DNA of 64,000 bases, taken from positions 2,880,001 through 2,944,000 of the forward strand of contig OZ242008.1 of NCBI GenBank assembly GCA_965204735.1, read 5' to 3'. The notes under the pieces are model-generated. The model was not told where the DNA came from and did no database searches. It saw only the letters and a list, made by a program, of their open reading frames with translations. Made by a program: the position numbers and the translations under genes. Shown piece after piece: positions 10,132 through 20,086 of the stretch (position 1 is its first letter; the number at the start of each line of letters is the position of its first letter). The stretch comes from Longimicrobiales bacterium. Lineage in GTDB: Bacteria > Gemmatimonadota > Gemmatimonadetes > Longimicrobiales > Gaopeijiaceae.

Positions 10132-11858
10132 GACCCCAAGTCTACCGGGTCGGCGGTCGGTCTACCAGCCGAAGGGGCGTCGTCGCGGCTCGGGTCGCGC
10201 GCGACCTTCGCCGGACGGCAGGCCGACGCCAGCCAAGCAGCCAAGTCGTCGCGTCCAGCGGCGCGGGCACGCTCCAGCGGCGTCGCGGGGGGAAGGTCGC
10301 GCGGCAGCAAGGGGTCGGCCCCGCGAGCAACGAGAAGGCGCGCGGTGTCCAGGTGTCCGGCGGCCGCAGCCCAGGCCAGCGGCGTCCCGCGGCGCTCGTC
10401 GTCCAGGACGTTCGGGTCTGCGCCGTGATCCAGCACCAGCTCGACGGCGACCGTCTCGCCGCGTCCGGCGAAGTGGTGGAGCGCGGTCTGGCCCAGCCAT
10501 CCCGGTCGGTCGGGGTCGAATCCGGCGGCCAACAGCAGCTTGATCACGTCCGCGTCCGCAACGGCCACGTCCGGGTCGCCCATGCGCAACGTGGCGCCGT
10601 TCAGCCGAATGGCGGCCTCCGGGTCCTTCTCCAGAAGCAGCCGGGCCACTCCCAGGTTGTTGCGAGCCAAGGCTTCCTCGGCGAACCACGGCGTCCGGCA
10701 GACCGAGGCGTCCTTCGCCAAGGCGTCGCGAAGCTCGTCGTCGGTCATGTGCCACGCAGGCGTCTCGGCCCCGTGGGCCAGGAGCAGCTCCTCGATGCGC
10801 CGGGCGACCTTGCCAGGCCGTGACCGGACAATCCCCAGGCAACTGTCCGACGAGTCCGGGGCCGAGTTCGGGTCCGCGCCATGGCTCAGCAGGACTTGCG
10901 CAATGGCCGCGCGGCCGCCCGCGCAGGCGTGCCAGAGCGCATGTCCCCGGGGCGCAAGCTCCTCCGGCCGGTTGGGGTCGGCCCCCTCTTCCAAGAGCAG
11001 TCGCACAACTTCTTCGTGACCGCCGCGGGCTGCATACCCCAGGGGGCTACGTCGGCCCGAGTCCAGGCGGCAAGCCAGGTCGGGCCGGCCCGCGAGCAGT
11101 TCTCGCGCCACTTCCAGGTCGCCCGTCGCGCACGCCGTCGAGAGGTCGGTCGAGGCCCCGGCTGCCCACAACGCCTCCAGCACGGCACGCTCGTCCGGAT
11201 GGGCCACGCCCTCGAGCTCGCGCCAGACGCGATACTCGTAGTCGCCGTTGAAGAGGACATGAGCAGGCGTCTGGCCGTCGCTTCGACGGTGGTTCGGATC
11301 TGCGCCGAGCGCGCACAAGAGGGGGACGAGTTCCGGTTGCCGAGTCGCCGCCGCCCAGTGAACCGCGTTCCGGCCCGCGACGTCGGACGCCCTGGCGAGG
11401 CCGGGCGCCTGCTTGAGAACCGCGTCGACGCGGTCCCGGCGCCGCGACACGATCGCACGCTTCAGCTCTTCGAAGCCGGGGGCGTAGCCGAAACGTTGCC
11501 GGAGGGCTCTCGCAAGAACGTCGTGAACCTCGTCGAAGCCGTAGGCGGACGCCCGCTTCAGCAGCTTTCCCCAACCCGAGTCCATGAAGCGGGTTCGCCC
11601 CGGCTCGGCCCCCGCGTCCAGCAGGATGCGGACCACTCGGGGACGGTTGCCGTAGACCGCGAAGTGAATCGGCTGCGTGTACCAGTGCTGGGCATGGAGA
11701 AGGTTGGCGTCGTCCGCGACCAGCTTCCGGACCGTGGCCTCGTCGCCGTCCCGACAGGCCTCGAACAGCGCCCACGCCTGCGCTCCGTCGACCGGGTCGA
11801 CGTCGTAGACGTAGCGCCCTTCCATCCCGAGGGGCGGGCTTCGGCGAGGCGTTCCCAA
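10128..11858 (-). CDS. Ankyrin repeat protein
   Basis: Multiple ANK motifs: GRNAVHWAA..LGADPN, GRRSPLGYAARGGHEEVVRLLLEEGADPN, GQTALHHFAGRG..HGADPN, GTPLAWAAAAGHLDTARLLVARGADP. Start is TTG 11858 or ATG 11825. Confidence 0.9.
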   Translation of the reverse strand: MGTPRRSPPLGMEGRYVYDVDPVDGAQAWALFEACRDGDEATVRKLVADDANLLHAQHWYTQPIHFAVYGNRPRVVRILLDAGAEPGRTRFMDSGWGKLLKRASAYGFDEVHDVLARALRQRFGYAPGFEELKRAIVSRRRDRVDAVLKQAPGLARASDVAGRNAVHWAAATRQPELVPLLCALGADPNHRRSDGQTPAHVLFNGDYEYRVWRELEGVAHPDERAVLEALWAAGASTDLSTACATGDLEVARELLAGRPDLACRLDSGRRSPLGYAARGGHEEVVRLLLEEGADPNRPEELAPRGHALWHACAGGRAAIAQVLLSHGADPNSAPDSSDSCLGIVRSRPGKVARRIEELLLAHGAETPAWHMTDDELRDALAKDASVCRTPWFAEEALARNNLGVARLLLEKDPEAAIRLNGATLRMGDPDVAVADADVIKLLLAAGFDPDRPGWLGQTALHHFAGRGETVAVELVLDHGADPNVLDDERRGTPLAWAAAAGHLDTARLLVARGADPLLPRDLPPATPLERARAAGRDDLAAWLASACRPAKVARDPSRDDAPSAGRPTADPVDLGS

Positions 11859-11936
11859 AGGCGTTCCCTCAGCGCTCGGCCGGCGGAGATGCCCGCCAGC
11901 GGCAGGAAGCCCGACGCCCGGCGAGCGGCCCGTCGT

Positions 11937-14183
11937 TCAGAACGTCGACGTCAGCGTCACGCGGAAGCTGCGCGTCGCCCCGGGGTTGCGTTCCTGAACG
12001 TCCACGTAGTGGGACTGCAGGATGTTGCCCACCTTGGCCTGCACCACCACGTCCCGAACCTTGGTCTCCATCCGCAGGTCCAGCACCGTGATCGCTCCCC
12101 GGTCGTCCAAGGGGAACGCCAGCACCTCCTCGGCTCGGCTTCGATGGCGCATGTCCAGGGCGATCCTGTCGCGCCAGGCCGACACGGTGGAGGTGATGTT
12201 GTGGCGCGACCTGTACGGCAGGGACCGCTCCGTGCGCTCGTCCTCCGAGTCGAGCAGCAGGTAGTTGGCGTGGAGGTTCAAGTTGTCGGGCCAGAGGCCG
12301 ACCCGCACTCCGGCGTCCAGGCCCCGCACGCGGGCAGCTGCCACGTTGCGGAACTGGAAGGTGAAGACCTCGCCCGACGCGCCCGACACCTCGATCAGGT
12401 CCTTGTACTCGCTCCAGAAGAGCCCCGCGTCGAACCACAGCCGCTCCCATGGGCTGGCGGTGGCCCCCACCTCGCCGGCCCACGCCGACTCGCCCCGCAG
12501 CTCCAGGTTCGGCACCACGCGGAAGCCGAAGACGGTCGTGGAAGAGAACTGCTCCGAGACGCTGGGCGCTCGGTATCCCCTGCTGAGGGAGGCGCGGAAG
12601 CTCACATCGTCCCAGGGCCGGTAGACCAAGCCCAGCTTCGGGTTGATCGCCAAGTCCCGCTCCGCCACCGACGCATGGTGATGGTCCACTCGCACCCCCG
12701 CGGCCCCCCGCAGCCGGTCGGAGAACTCGAATTCGTCCTGCGCGAAGACGGCCAGGTCCGTCACCGCCGGGTCGGGAGCCAGGAAGTTGGACGAGACCTG
12801 GGTGTAGGCGGCCTCGGCCCCGGTCGTCACCGCGTGGGCGCCCCATGAGTACACCGTGAGCTGCACGTCCGCGCCCCAGCGGGTGGAACGGATGAAGTCG
12901 TCGTTGTCGTGGAAGAAGTTCCGGGACTGCGCGTGAAAGACCTGGGGACGAGCCTCCAGTCGGATGCTGGAGTTGGCGACAGGCACCGCCGTCATGCCGG
13001 CCACGAAGTTCGTCTCCCGCGTCCAGTCGCCCAGCTGCGTCGGGTCGACTTCCAGCGGCCGCGTCGCCGAACGCCAAGTGAAGAACTCCTCTGCTTCTTC
13101 GCGCTTCCAGTTCGCGAAGACCTCCCACGGCTTGGCGGACTCGGCGCCGAAGACGGCCTTCGCCCGGAAGCGCCACCGCTTCAGCCCGCCGTTCTGACGG
13201 AAGCCGTCGGAGCCCTCCCGCCCACCGACCAGCGTAAGGTTGGTGCGCCCGATCCTTCGCGTGTGCTGCAGCTGAAGTCCTTCCATGCTCAGCACGTCTT
13301 CGGTGAAGTCCATCGCTCCCGGCGTGTCGAAGACGCCGTAGTAGCCCCTGACGATCGTCTGCGGGCCGCCCGACGGCTGACGGGTCACGACGTTGACGAC
13401 CCCTCCCAGGGCGTTGGCGCCCCACAGCGTCGAGTGGGGGCCCTTGACCACTTCGATGCGCTCCACGTCCAGCAGCGGCAGAGCGCCGAACTCCACGGAC
13501 GACTCCGCGCCTGTCAGGAAGCGATGGCCGTCGAGGAGCATCAGCACCCGGCTGCCCACGCCCCGGGCAATCCCCTGGGCGCCCCGGATGTCGATCTTTC
13601 CCGCCACGAACGTGACCCCCTGCGCAAACGGAAGCGCCTCGCCCAAGTCCGTGACGTTGCGCCGTCGGAGCTCCTCGCCGCTCACCACCGCCACGCTGGC
13701 GGGCGCGTCGCCCGGAGCGGCAGCTTCTCGGCTGGCGGTCACCGTAAGCCCAGGCACGTCTACCAGGACACGGGCCAGCTCGACTTGCAGCACGCCTGCC
13801 GTCTCCGCGACCGGCACGCCCCCGGCCCCCGTCCGGCGCTCGGGGGGCGGCCCCAAGTTGCGTTCCGTCGGTCGGAAGCCGGCCGCCGCAACCACGACCG
13901 TGTACGACCTTCCTTCGGGCAGAGCCACCTCGAAGCGGCCGTCGGCCCCGGTCAGCACCCGAAGAGGAGTCCCGCGAACCATCACTTCCGCGCCGGCCAC
14001 GGGCTCCCCGGTCGCCTCCGCGACCACGACGCCGCGCACGGGAACCACTTGCTGGACGTCCGCCGACATCGGCGCCGGGGCGAGAAGCGCCACGAGCATC
14101 CACGCGGCCACCCAAGCGACCGTCGCCGACGCGAACTCGGACGTGGCCGGCTCCCGGCCCGCCCGGACCCCCAACTCCGCCAA
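11937..14183 (-). CDS. TonB-dependent receptor with N-terminal carboxypeptidase-regulatory-like domain
   Basis: GVVVAEATGEPVAGAEV, plug motif ERIEVVKGPHSTLWGANALGGVVNVVT, C-terminal Phe; TTG 14183 with GGGAG RBS just after the upstream stop. Confidence 0.88.
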   Translation of the reverse strand: MAELGVRAGREPATSEFASATVAWVAAWMLVALLAPAPMSADVQQVVPVRGVVVAEATGEPVAGAEVMVRGTPLRVLTGADGRFEVALPEGRSYTVVVAAAGFRPTERNLGPPPERRTGAGGVPVAETAGVLQVELARVLVDVPGLTVTASREAAAPGDAPASVAVVSGEELRRRNVTDLGEALPFAQGVTFVAGKIDIRGAQGIARGVGSRVLMLLDGHRFLTGAESSVEFGALPLLDVERIEVVKGPHSTLWGANALGGVVNVVTRQPSGGPQTIVRGYYGVFDTPGAMDFTEDVLSMEGLQLQHTRRIGRTNLTLVGGREGSDGFRQNGGLKRWRFRAKAVFGAESAKPWEVFANWKREEAEEFFTWRSATRPLEVDPTQLGDWTRETNFVAGMTAVPVANSSIRLEARPQVFHAQSRNFFHDNDDFIRSTRWGADVQLTVYSWGAHAVTTGAEAAYTQVSSNFLAPDPAVTDLAVFAQDEFEFSDRLRGAAGVRVDHHHASVAERDLAINPKLGLVYRPWDDVSFRASLSRGYRAPSVSEQFSSTTVFGFRVVPNLELRGESAWAGEVGATASPWERLWFDAGLFWSEYKDLIEVSGASGEVFTFQFRNVAAARVRGLDAGVRVGLWPDNLNLHANYLLLDSEDERTERSLPYRSRHNITSTVSAWRDRIALDMRHRSRAEEVLAFPLDDRGAITVLDLRMETKVRDVVVQAKVGNILQSHYVDVQERNPGATRSFRVTLTSTF

Positions 14184-14197
14184 CGCCCGCTCCCGCC

Positions 14198-14650
14198 CTA
14201 CTGTCGGCGCCAGACGGAAGAGGACACGCTCAGCGCCGGCTCGGTCACGTTCACGGTGAGGGTGGGGCCTGCCAGCGTGAACGTCCCCGTGCCCTGAAAC
14301 AAGTTGCCGCGCTGCTCCCAGCTGCCGTCGGCCCTTACGGTGTAGCTGCCCTGGTCGACGATCCGCTCGGACCCGCCCGCGCCGTCGGGCACCGTGACGT
14401 CGAGGTCGAAGTCGCCCATGGCTTCGCTGCCGGTCGGCGCAGACTGCTGGAGCGTGAGCGTGCCCGACACTGCGGGCGGGCTCAGGACGGCGCCCCCGGT
14501 AAGGGCGACGGACGAGAAGGACTGAAGCGAGTAGGCGCCCGAAATGTCGGGGGGACTCCGGCCGGGAGGGTCCGCAGGGTCGTCGCCGCCGCAGCCCATG
14601 GCCAGCGCTCCGGCGAGGAACGCGCAGAGTCCAAGTCGATGTCGAATCAA
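14198..14650 (-). CDS. Lipoprotein, lipocalin-like beta-rich hypothetical
   Basis: Lipobox-like LAMGC followed by GGDDP and DISGAYSL; 14 nt upstream of the receptor gene. Confidence 0.65.
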   Translation of the reverse strand: MIRHRLGLCAFLAGALAMGCGGDDPADPPGRSPPDISGAYSLQSFSSVALTGGAVLSPPAVSGTLTLQQSAPTGSEAMGDFDLDVTVPDGAGGSERIVDQGSYTVRADGSWEQRGNLFQGTGTFTLAGPTLTVNVTEPALSVSSSVWRRQ

Positions 14651-14749
14651 GCTTCACCTCGTGCGTCTTCAGTGGTTTCTGTGAACGGCGCGCCTTGCGG
14701 TTGCAAGTAAATCTACTTTCCGGGTTCTCGTTGGGCTACCTTCCTCGCC

Positions 14750-15298
14750 ATGGACCACGAGCCCGCGGACCCGAGCCGAGGCGGCCTGATCGGTGGCGGA
14801 ACGCCTCTGGGAACCTGCGCCCTGCTGGCGCGCCTCGACGAGCTGGGCGTGTCCCACCACACTATGGCGCATCCCCCGGTGTTCACCGTCGAGGAGGCCA
14901 GCCGGCTCCGGGGCGCGACTCCGGGCGCGCACTCCAAGAACCTCTTCGTCCGCGACAAGAAGGAGCGCCACTGGCTTGTGTCGTGTCTGGCCGATCGGCA
15001 GGTGGACCTGGGATGGCTCGCGGATCGTCTCGGGACGAAGCGCCTTACGTTCTGCAGCCGGCGAAGACTCGCGGGCTACCTGGGCATCCGCCCCGGGGCG
15101 GTCTCTCCCTTCGCCGTGATCAACGACGCCCAGGGAGTGGTGCGGGTCGCCCTGGACGCCCAGCTTCTGGCGACGGAGCCCCTCAACTTCCACCCCCTGG
15201 ACAACGCCAAGACCACCGCCGTTTCCCGAGCGGGACTCATGCGCTTCCTGGAGGCGGAGCGCCACGAGCCGCTGATCCTGCGCTTCCCGGACCGTTGA
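14750..15298 (+). CDS. ProX/YbaK-family aminoacyl-tRNA deacylase (prolyl-tRNA editing domain)
   Basis: HPPVFTVEEA, GAHSKNLFVRDKK, LGIRPGAVSPFAVIND, NFHPLDNAKT. Confidence 0.88.
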   Translation: MDHEPADPSRGGLIGGGTPLGTCALLARLDELGVSHHTMAHPPVFTVEEASRLRGATPGAHSKNLFVRDKKERHWLVSCLADRQVDLGWLADRLGTKRLTFCSRRRLAGYLGIRPGAVSPFAVINDAQGVVRVALDAQLLATEPLNFHPLDNAKTTAVSRAGLMRFLEAERHEPLILRFPDR

Positions 15299-15330
15299 CG
15301 TCGCGCGAACGATGATGTAATGTTATGTTG

Positions 15331-15410
15331 GACAAGAGGCCGACAAGAGGCCGACAAGAGGCCGACAAGAGGCCGACAAGAGGCCGACAAGAGGCCGACA
15401 AGAGGCCGAC
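15331..15410. repeat. Perfect 11-bp tandem repeat (GACAAGAGGCC) x7.3
   Basis: Read directly; intergenic, immediately after the AT-rich GATGATGTAATGTTATGTT. Confidence 0.97.
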
Positions 15411-15459
15411 CCGGCAGAGCAAGGGCGGCAACCGTGACCCCAACAGGTGCGAAGACGAC

Positions 15460-16080
15460 ATGGACCGAGCCGGCTTGGGGCTGGCAGGACTGGTCGCGCT
15501 CACTGCATGCACCCCCGGCCCAGGTGCAACCGCCCAGGTGGCGAACCAGGGCGAGCAGATGGCGCAGGCCCTGCTTGCCGCACCCAAAGACAAGGCGGAG
15601 GGCGCCCGGCTGCTCGGATGGACGCCCGACGGAGCCCTCGTCGAGCTCAGGCCCGGCGCCAACGACATCACGTGCCACGCCTCCAACCCCGCCGCCGACC
15701 GCTTCTCCACCTCCTGCTACCACAACTCCCTCGAGCCCTACTTCGCCCGGGGCCGAGAGCTGGACGCCCAAGGCGCTTCCGCCGACCGCTACCGCATCCG
15801 GTTCGAGGAGATGGAGGCCGGCGACCTTCCCATTCCCACCCACTCGGCGACCCAGTACGTCTTCGACGGCGTGTGGGACGCCGAGGCAGGGACCGCAGAA
15901 GGCCGAATCCGGTGGCTGATCTACGTCCCGGGAGCGACAGCCGAATCGACTGGACTTTCGTCCGAGCCGGCGGAGGACCGACCATGGATCATGATGGAGG
16001 GCACGCCCGGCGCTCACATCATGCCGCCCGCGCCCAGGGTCCGCCAGCCTAGCCAAGGCTCGGAGGGCTCCACTCGATGA
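15460..16080 (+). CDS. Hypothetical lipoprotein
   Basis: MDRAGLGLAGLVALTAC lipobox; ALLAAP..EGA, RPWIMMEGTPGAHIMPP; stop overlaps the next ATG. Confidence 0.7.
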   Translation: MDRAGLGLAGLVALTACTPGPGATAQVANQGEQMAQALLAAPKDKAEGARLLGWTPDGALVELRPGANDITCHASNPAADRFSTSCYHNSLEPYFARGRELDAQGASADRYRIRFEEMEAGDLPIPTHSATQYVFDGVWDAEAGTAEGRIRWLIYVPGATAESTGLSSEPAEDRPWIMMEGTPGAHIMPPAPRVRQPSQGSEGSTR

Positions 16081-17558
16081 CTCGCCCCGAGATCGTCCCC
16101 GCCCACGGCGAAGCCGCCGACGCCCGTCGCGCCGACTCGGCCTTTCCACCGCGTCTCACGTGGACGGAACGTCCCAGCCTCAAGGGCACGCTGGGCCCCA
16201 TCGGCAACGTCCGACTCGCCGTCGCCCTGTTGGGCTTGGGCGACGTGCTCGCCTGCGCGGCGAGCCTGGCCTTCGTCGCCTCCCTCCCGTTCGTCGCCTT
16301 CAGCGGCTCGTTCCTGGCGTTCCCGGCCGTTTCCGTCTGCATGGCGCTGGGGCTGTACGTGGCCGGCGCCTACGGCATCGAAGGATTCGACAACGCCAAG
16401 AGCCTGACGATGAGTCTGTCGGTCGGACTGGTGCTGTCGGCGCTCTTCGTCACCGTCGCCGAGTTCGTCTGGCCCTCGTCTCTTGTGGGCAGGCAGGCGA
16501 TCGCCGTCTTCTTCTTGGTCGTGAGTTTCCTGCTTCCAGGATGGCGCTTCGCAGGGGTACATCTTGTCAGGAGGAGGTTTGCGCCGGAGGCGGTCGCGAT
16601 TGTCGGCCACGGAGAGGGCGCTTACCGCTTGGCAGAGGTGCTCGAAAGCGCTCCGTCGTTTCGCTTGGCGATGACGGTCAACCCGCTGTCGGCCAAGGCG
16701 GTGCAGGTCGTGGAGAACGGCGGACCCCCGCGAGGCACGCCCGTTGCGGACATTCCGTCGGTCATGTCGGGAGCTGCAATCAAGCTGATCGCGGTGGCCG
16801 ACTCGATCTCCACGAGCCAGGCCGCTCTCGTGCGCCAGCTGCGGAAGTGCAGAAGCACAGGCGTCGACGTGCAGGATGTCGCCAACTGCATCGAGATGCT
16901 CTCCCAGAAGGTGCCCGTCCGCCTCTTGCAGAAGTGGCGGAAGCCCTCGTTGAGCTTTCCGGGCTGGGAGCGCAACTTCGACGACAAGCTGAAGCGCTTC
17001 AGCGACATCCTGTTGTCGGCGATTGCCATGATCCTGACGGCGCCGGCGATGCTGGCAACTGGACTTGCCGTGCGATGGAGCGACGGCGGTCCAGCCTTCT
17101 ACAAGCAGGCCCGGGTGGGCACCCACGGTCGCATCTACACCTTGTACAAGTTCCGTTCGATGATGGTGGACGCGGAGCGCAACGGGGCGGTATGGGCCTC
17201 GGAAGACGACCCCCGAGTCACGAAAGTCGGGAGGTTCATGCGGAAGCTGCACCTGGACGAGCTGCCCCAGCTCTGGAACGTCTTCCGCGGCGACATGAGC
17301 TTGGTGGGACCTCGTCCCGAGCGCCCGGAGTTCGTGGACTGGCTTCGCCTGTCGATTCCCCACTACGACGCCCGTCACACGATCAAGCCCGGCATCACCG
17401 GCTGGGCGCAGATCCGCTATCCCTACGGCGCGTCTGCCGCCGCCGCCGAGGACAAGCTCGAGTACGACCTGTACTACGTTCGCCACAGGAACGTGCTCTG
17501 GGACGTGTACATCCTCTTCCGGACGATCGTGTTCGTCAGCACGGGACGGCGCACCTAG
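16077..17558 (+). CDS. Polyprenyl-phosphate sugar phosphotransferase (bacterial sugar transferase family)
   Basis: N-terminal TM helices; [77 protein letters not shown]. Confidence 0.92.
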   Translation: MTRPEIVPAHGEAADARRADSAFPPRLTWTERPSLKGTLGPIGNVRLAVALLGLGDVLACAASLAFVASLPFVAFSGSFLAFPAVSVCMALGLYVAGAYGIEGFDNAKSLTMSLSVGLVLSALFVTVAEFVWPSSLVGRQAIAVFFLVVSFLLPGWRFAGVHLVRRRFAPEAVAIVGHGEGAYRLAEVLESAPSFRLAMTVNPLSAKAVQVVENGGPPRGTPVADIPSVMSGAAIKLIAVADSISTSQAALVRQLRKCRSTGVDVQDVANCIEMLSQKVPVRLLQKWRKPSLSFPGWERNFDDKLKRFSDILLSAIAMILTAPAMLATGLAVRWSDGGPAFYKQARVGTHGRIYTLYKFRSMMVDAERNGAVWASEDDPRVTKVGRFMRKLHLDELPQLWNVFRGDMSLVGPRPERPEFVDWLRLSIPHYDARHTIKPGITGWAQIRYPYGASAAAAEDKLEYDLYYVRHRNVLWDVYILFRTIVFVSTGRRT

Positions 17559-17597
17559 ACGGACCTCCGGAGCAGAAGGACGGGGGCGGAGGGGAAG

Positions 17598-19040
17598 ATG
17601 ATCAGCACCTTTGCCCTGCTGACCCTCGTTGCGGCGGTCGTCGCCTTGCAGGTCGTCTTCGTCGTGTTCGTGCTGTTGCGGCCGCGAGTGCGCCAACCGT
17701 CGTCCCCGGCTTGGATCCTGGTCATCCTCGTGCTGCCGATCGTGGGCGTCGCACTGTACTTGGTCGTGGGAGAAGTGCGGACGGGAAGCCGGCGCAGGCG
17801 GCGGCATCGGACCATTCACGCCAGCATCGGCGGGGTCTTGCGCAAGGCGTGGGCGGTGGCGCCGGCGCCGGCCCGCGTGACAGGCAGCGTTCAGTCGATC
17901 GCCAGGCTGGCGCGCCTCGTGGGAGACACTCGTCCCCGTGGCGGAAACCGCCTGACCTTGCTGGCCGGCGCCGAGGAGTTCGTGAACAGCTTGGTGCGGG
18001 ACGTCGGCGGCGCCAAAGAGCACGTTCATCTGCTGTTCTACATCTACTTGGACGACCAGATGGGACGCGCCGTGGGGGACGCCTTGGCCGCGGCGGCCGC
18101 CAGAGGAGTGGATTGCCGTCTGCTGGTGGACAACGTGGGCTCGGACGAGTTCCTGAAGTCGAAGCTGTGCCGGCAGCTGAGAACGAGCGGGGTTCGCGTG
18201 GCCGCCGCGCTCCCCACGCGCATCACCCAGATCGCGTCGATCCGCTTCGACATGCGCAACCACCGCAAGATCGCCGTGGTGGACGGCAAGATCGGCTTCA
18301 CCGGCAGCCACAACTTGGCCGCGGAAGCGTTCCACCCGAAGCCCCGCTTTGCGCCATGGATCGACGCGACCCTGCGAATCGAAGGGCCGGTCGTGCGCGA
18401 CCTTCAGGCGCTCTTCGTCGAGGACTGGTACATGGACACGGGCGAGAGCCTGGCAGGGCTGATCGCCATCTCGCCGGGCAGCCACGCCGACGGCACGGTG
18501 GTTCAGGTGGTGGGCAGCGGCGTCAACTCCCAGAACCAGGCGCTCGTGCGGGTCATTCAGTCCGCCGTGCACATGGCTAGGGAGGAACTGGTGCTGACCA
18601 CGCCCTACTTCGTGCCCGACGAGGGAACCGCCGCGGCGCTGACCACGGCGGCGATGCGGGGCGTGCGCACGGTGATCGTGGTGCCTGCGCGGAACGACTC
18701 GCCGCTGATCTCCCTGGCCAGCCGCAGCTTCTACCAGCCGTTGCTGGACGCCGGGGCCGAGGTCCACGAGTTCACCAAGGGACTGCTCCACGCCAAGACC
18801 ATCACCGTGGACCGGGACTTCGCAATGGTCAGCACGGCCAACCTGGACCGCCGGAGCTTCGACATCAACTTCGAGGTCTCGACTCTGGTCTACGACAGCG
18901 CGTTCGCGGCCGACCTGCGCGAGCTCCAGAGGCGCTACCTGGAGGACTGCCGGGCCGTGGACGGAGCCGAGTGGGCTTCCCGCAGCTGGCCGCGCCGCCT
19001 GGGAGAGAACGCCGCCGGCTTGGTCAGTCCCCTTCTGTGA
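17598..19040 (+). CDS. cls: Cardiolipin synthase
   Basis: Two N-terminal TM helices and two PLD HKD motifs (RNHRKIAVVDG, LHAKTITVD); TPYFVP, NLDRRSFDINFE. Confidence 0.92.
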   Translation: MISTFALLTLVAAVVALQVVFVVFVLLRPRVRQPSSPAWILVILVLPIVGVALYLVVGEVRTGSRRRRRHRTIHASIGGVLRKAWAVAPAPARVTGSVQSIARLARLVGDTRPRGGNRLTLLAGAEEFVNSLVRDVGGAKEHVHLLFYIYLDDQMGRAVGDALAAAAARGVDCRLLVDNVGSDEFLKSKLCRQLRTSGVRVAAALPTRITQIASIRFDMRNHRKIAVVDGKIGFTGSHNLAAEAFHPKPRFAPWIDATLRIEGPVVRDLQALFVEDWYMDTGESLAGLIAISPGSHADGTVVQVVGSGVNSQNQALVRVIQSAVHMAREELVLTTPYFVPDEGTAAALTTAAMRGVRTVIVVPARNDSPLISLASRSFYQPLLDAGAEVHEFTKGLLHAKTITVDRDFAMVSTANLDRRSFDINFEVSTLVYDSAFAADLRELQRRYLEDCRAVDGAEWASRSWPRRLGENAAGLVSPLL

Positions 19041-20086
19041 CGCTGCCGGACGACGACACGCCCTCCCGAGTGGCAGCCGAGTGGGTTCGCGGCCGGGCGA
19101 CCGTGCCTTCCGCCGCTCCGCGCCGCTCCACCGCCCTCGTGCTGGGGGACCCCTCGCCCGATCTTGCTCGGGCGCTGGACGACTCGGGCGTTGCCGCGAC
19201 CCGTTGGAACCGGTTCGCCTCGCCTGGCCAGATCTGCACCTCGTGGCCGCCGGACGGGCGGTTCGGGGAGGCGTGGGTGCGGATGCCCAGGGCGGGACTC
19301 GAGGCGGCCATGCTGCTTCACGCGGCCTCGGCTCGGGTGGGCGACGGGGACTCCGTGCTGCTCTACGGCGCGGTTCACGACGGCATCCGCGCCGCCGCCA
19401 AGCGCTTCCCGGCCGGCGCAACGCCGCCCCGAACGGTCTTGGTCAAGCGCCGCTGCCGCGTGCTCCATGCGACCCGGCTCGCCCCGCCGCCCCGGCAGGA
19501 CGGGCTGGCCGAGTGGGAGGTGCCGGGCGCCGTGGACTGGGGCGCGGGCGAACGCGAGTGGACGTTCTACCCCGGCGTCTTCGCATGCGGGCGGCTGGAC
19601 CCTGGCAGTGGGCTCCTCGCCCGCGCGATCCCGGCGGCTGCCGCGCTGCCTTCCGCGTGCCGAGTCCTGGACTTCGGAGCAGGCACTGGCATCCTCGCCG
19701 CCGCGGCGCTGGAGAAGGCCGGTCCCGGCGCCACGGCCCAGCTGCTGGAGCCCGACGCGATCTCGCTGGCCGCCGCCGCCCGCAACGTGCCCTCGGCGCT
19801 GCGGGTGCTGGGGCACGGGACCGGCGCAGTGGAGGGCCCCTTCGACCTGATCGTCTCGAACCCGCCCGTCCACGCCGGTCGGCGGGACGACCTTCGCCCG
19901 GTCGGGGAACTCGCGGACGGAGCTCCGGGCTTGTTGGCCGGGGACGGACGTCTGCTGCTGGTCGCGCTTCGGAAGCTGCCCGTCGGCGACCTGCTGCGCC
20001 GGCGCTTCCGACAGGTTCGCGAAGTGGCCGGCGAAGGACCGTTTCGGGTGTGGGAGGCCAGTCGGGCGGCGCGCCCTCAGCCGTAG
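19037..20086 (+). CDS. Class I SAM-dependent methyltransferase, RsmC/MTS-like
   Basis: PGVFACGRLDPGS, VLDFGAGTGIL, FDLIVSNPPVHAG; GTGA overlap with the cls stop. Confidence 0.8.
   Translation: MTLPDDDTPSRVAAEWVRGRATVPSAAPRRSTALVLGDPSPDLARALDDSGVAATRWNRFASPGQICTSWPPDGRFGEAWVRMPRAGLEAAMLLHAASARVGDGDSVLLYGAVHDGIRAAAKRFPAGATPPRTVLVKRRCRVLHATRLAPPPRQDGLAEWEVPGAVDWGAGEREWTFYPGVFACGRLDPGSGLLARAIPAAAALPSACRVLDFGAGTGILAAAALEKAGPGATAQLLEPDAISLAAAARNVPSALRVLGHGTGAVEGPFDLIVSNPPVHAGRRDDLRPVGELADGAPGLLAGDGRLLLVALRKLPVGDLLRRRFRQVREVAGEGPFRVWEASRAARPQP

Noticed and set aside
15331..15410. 11-bp repeat as a CRISPR array
   Set aside because: Head-to-tail units with no spacers.
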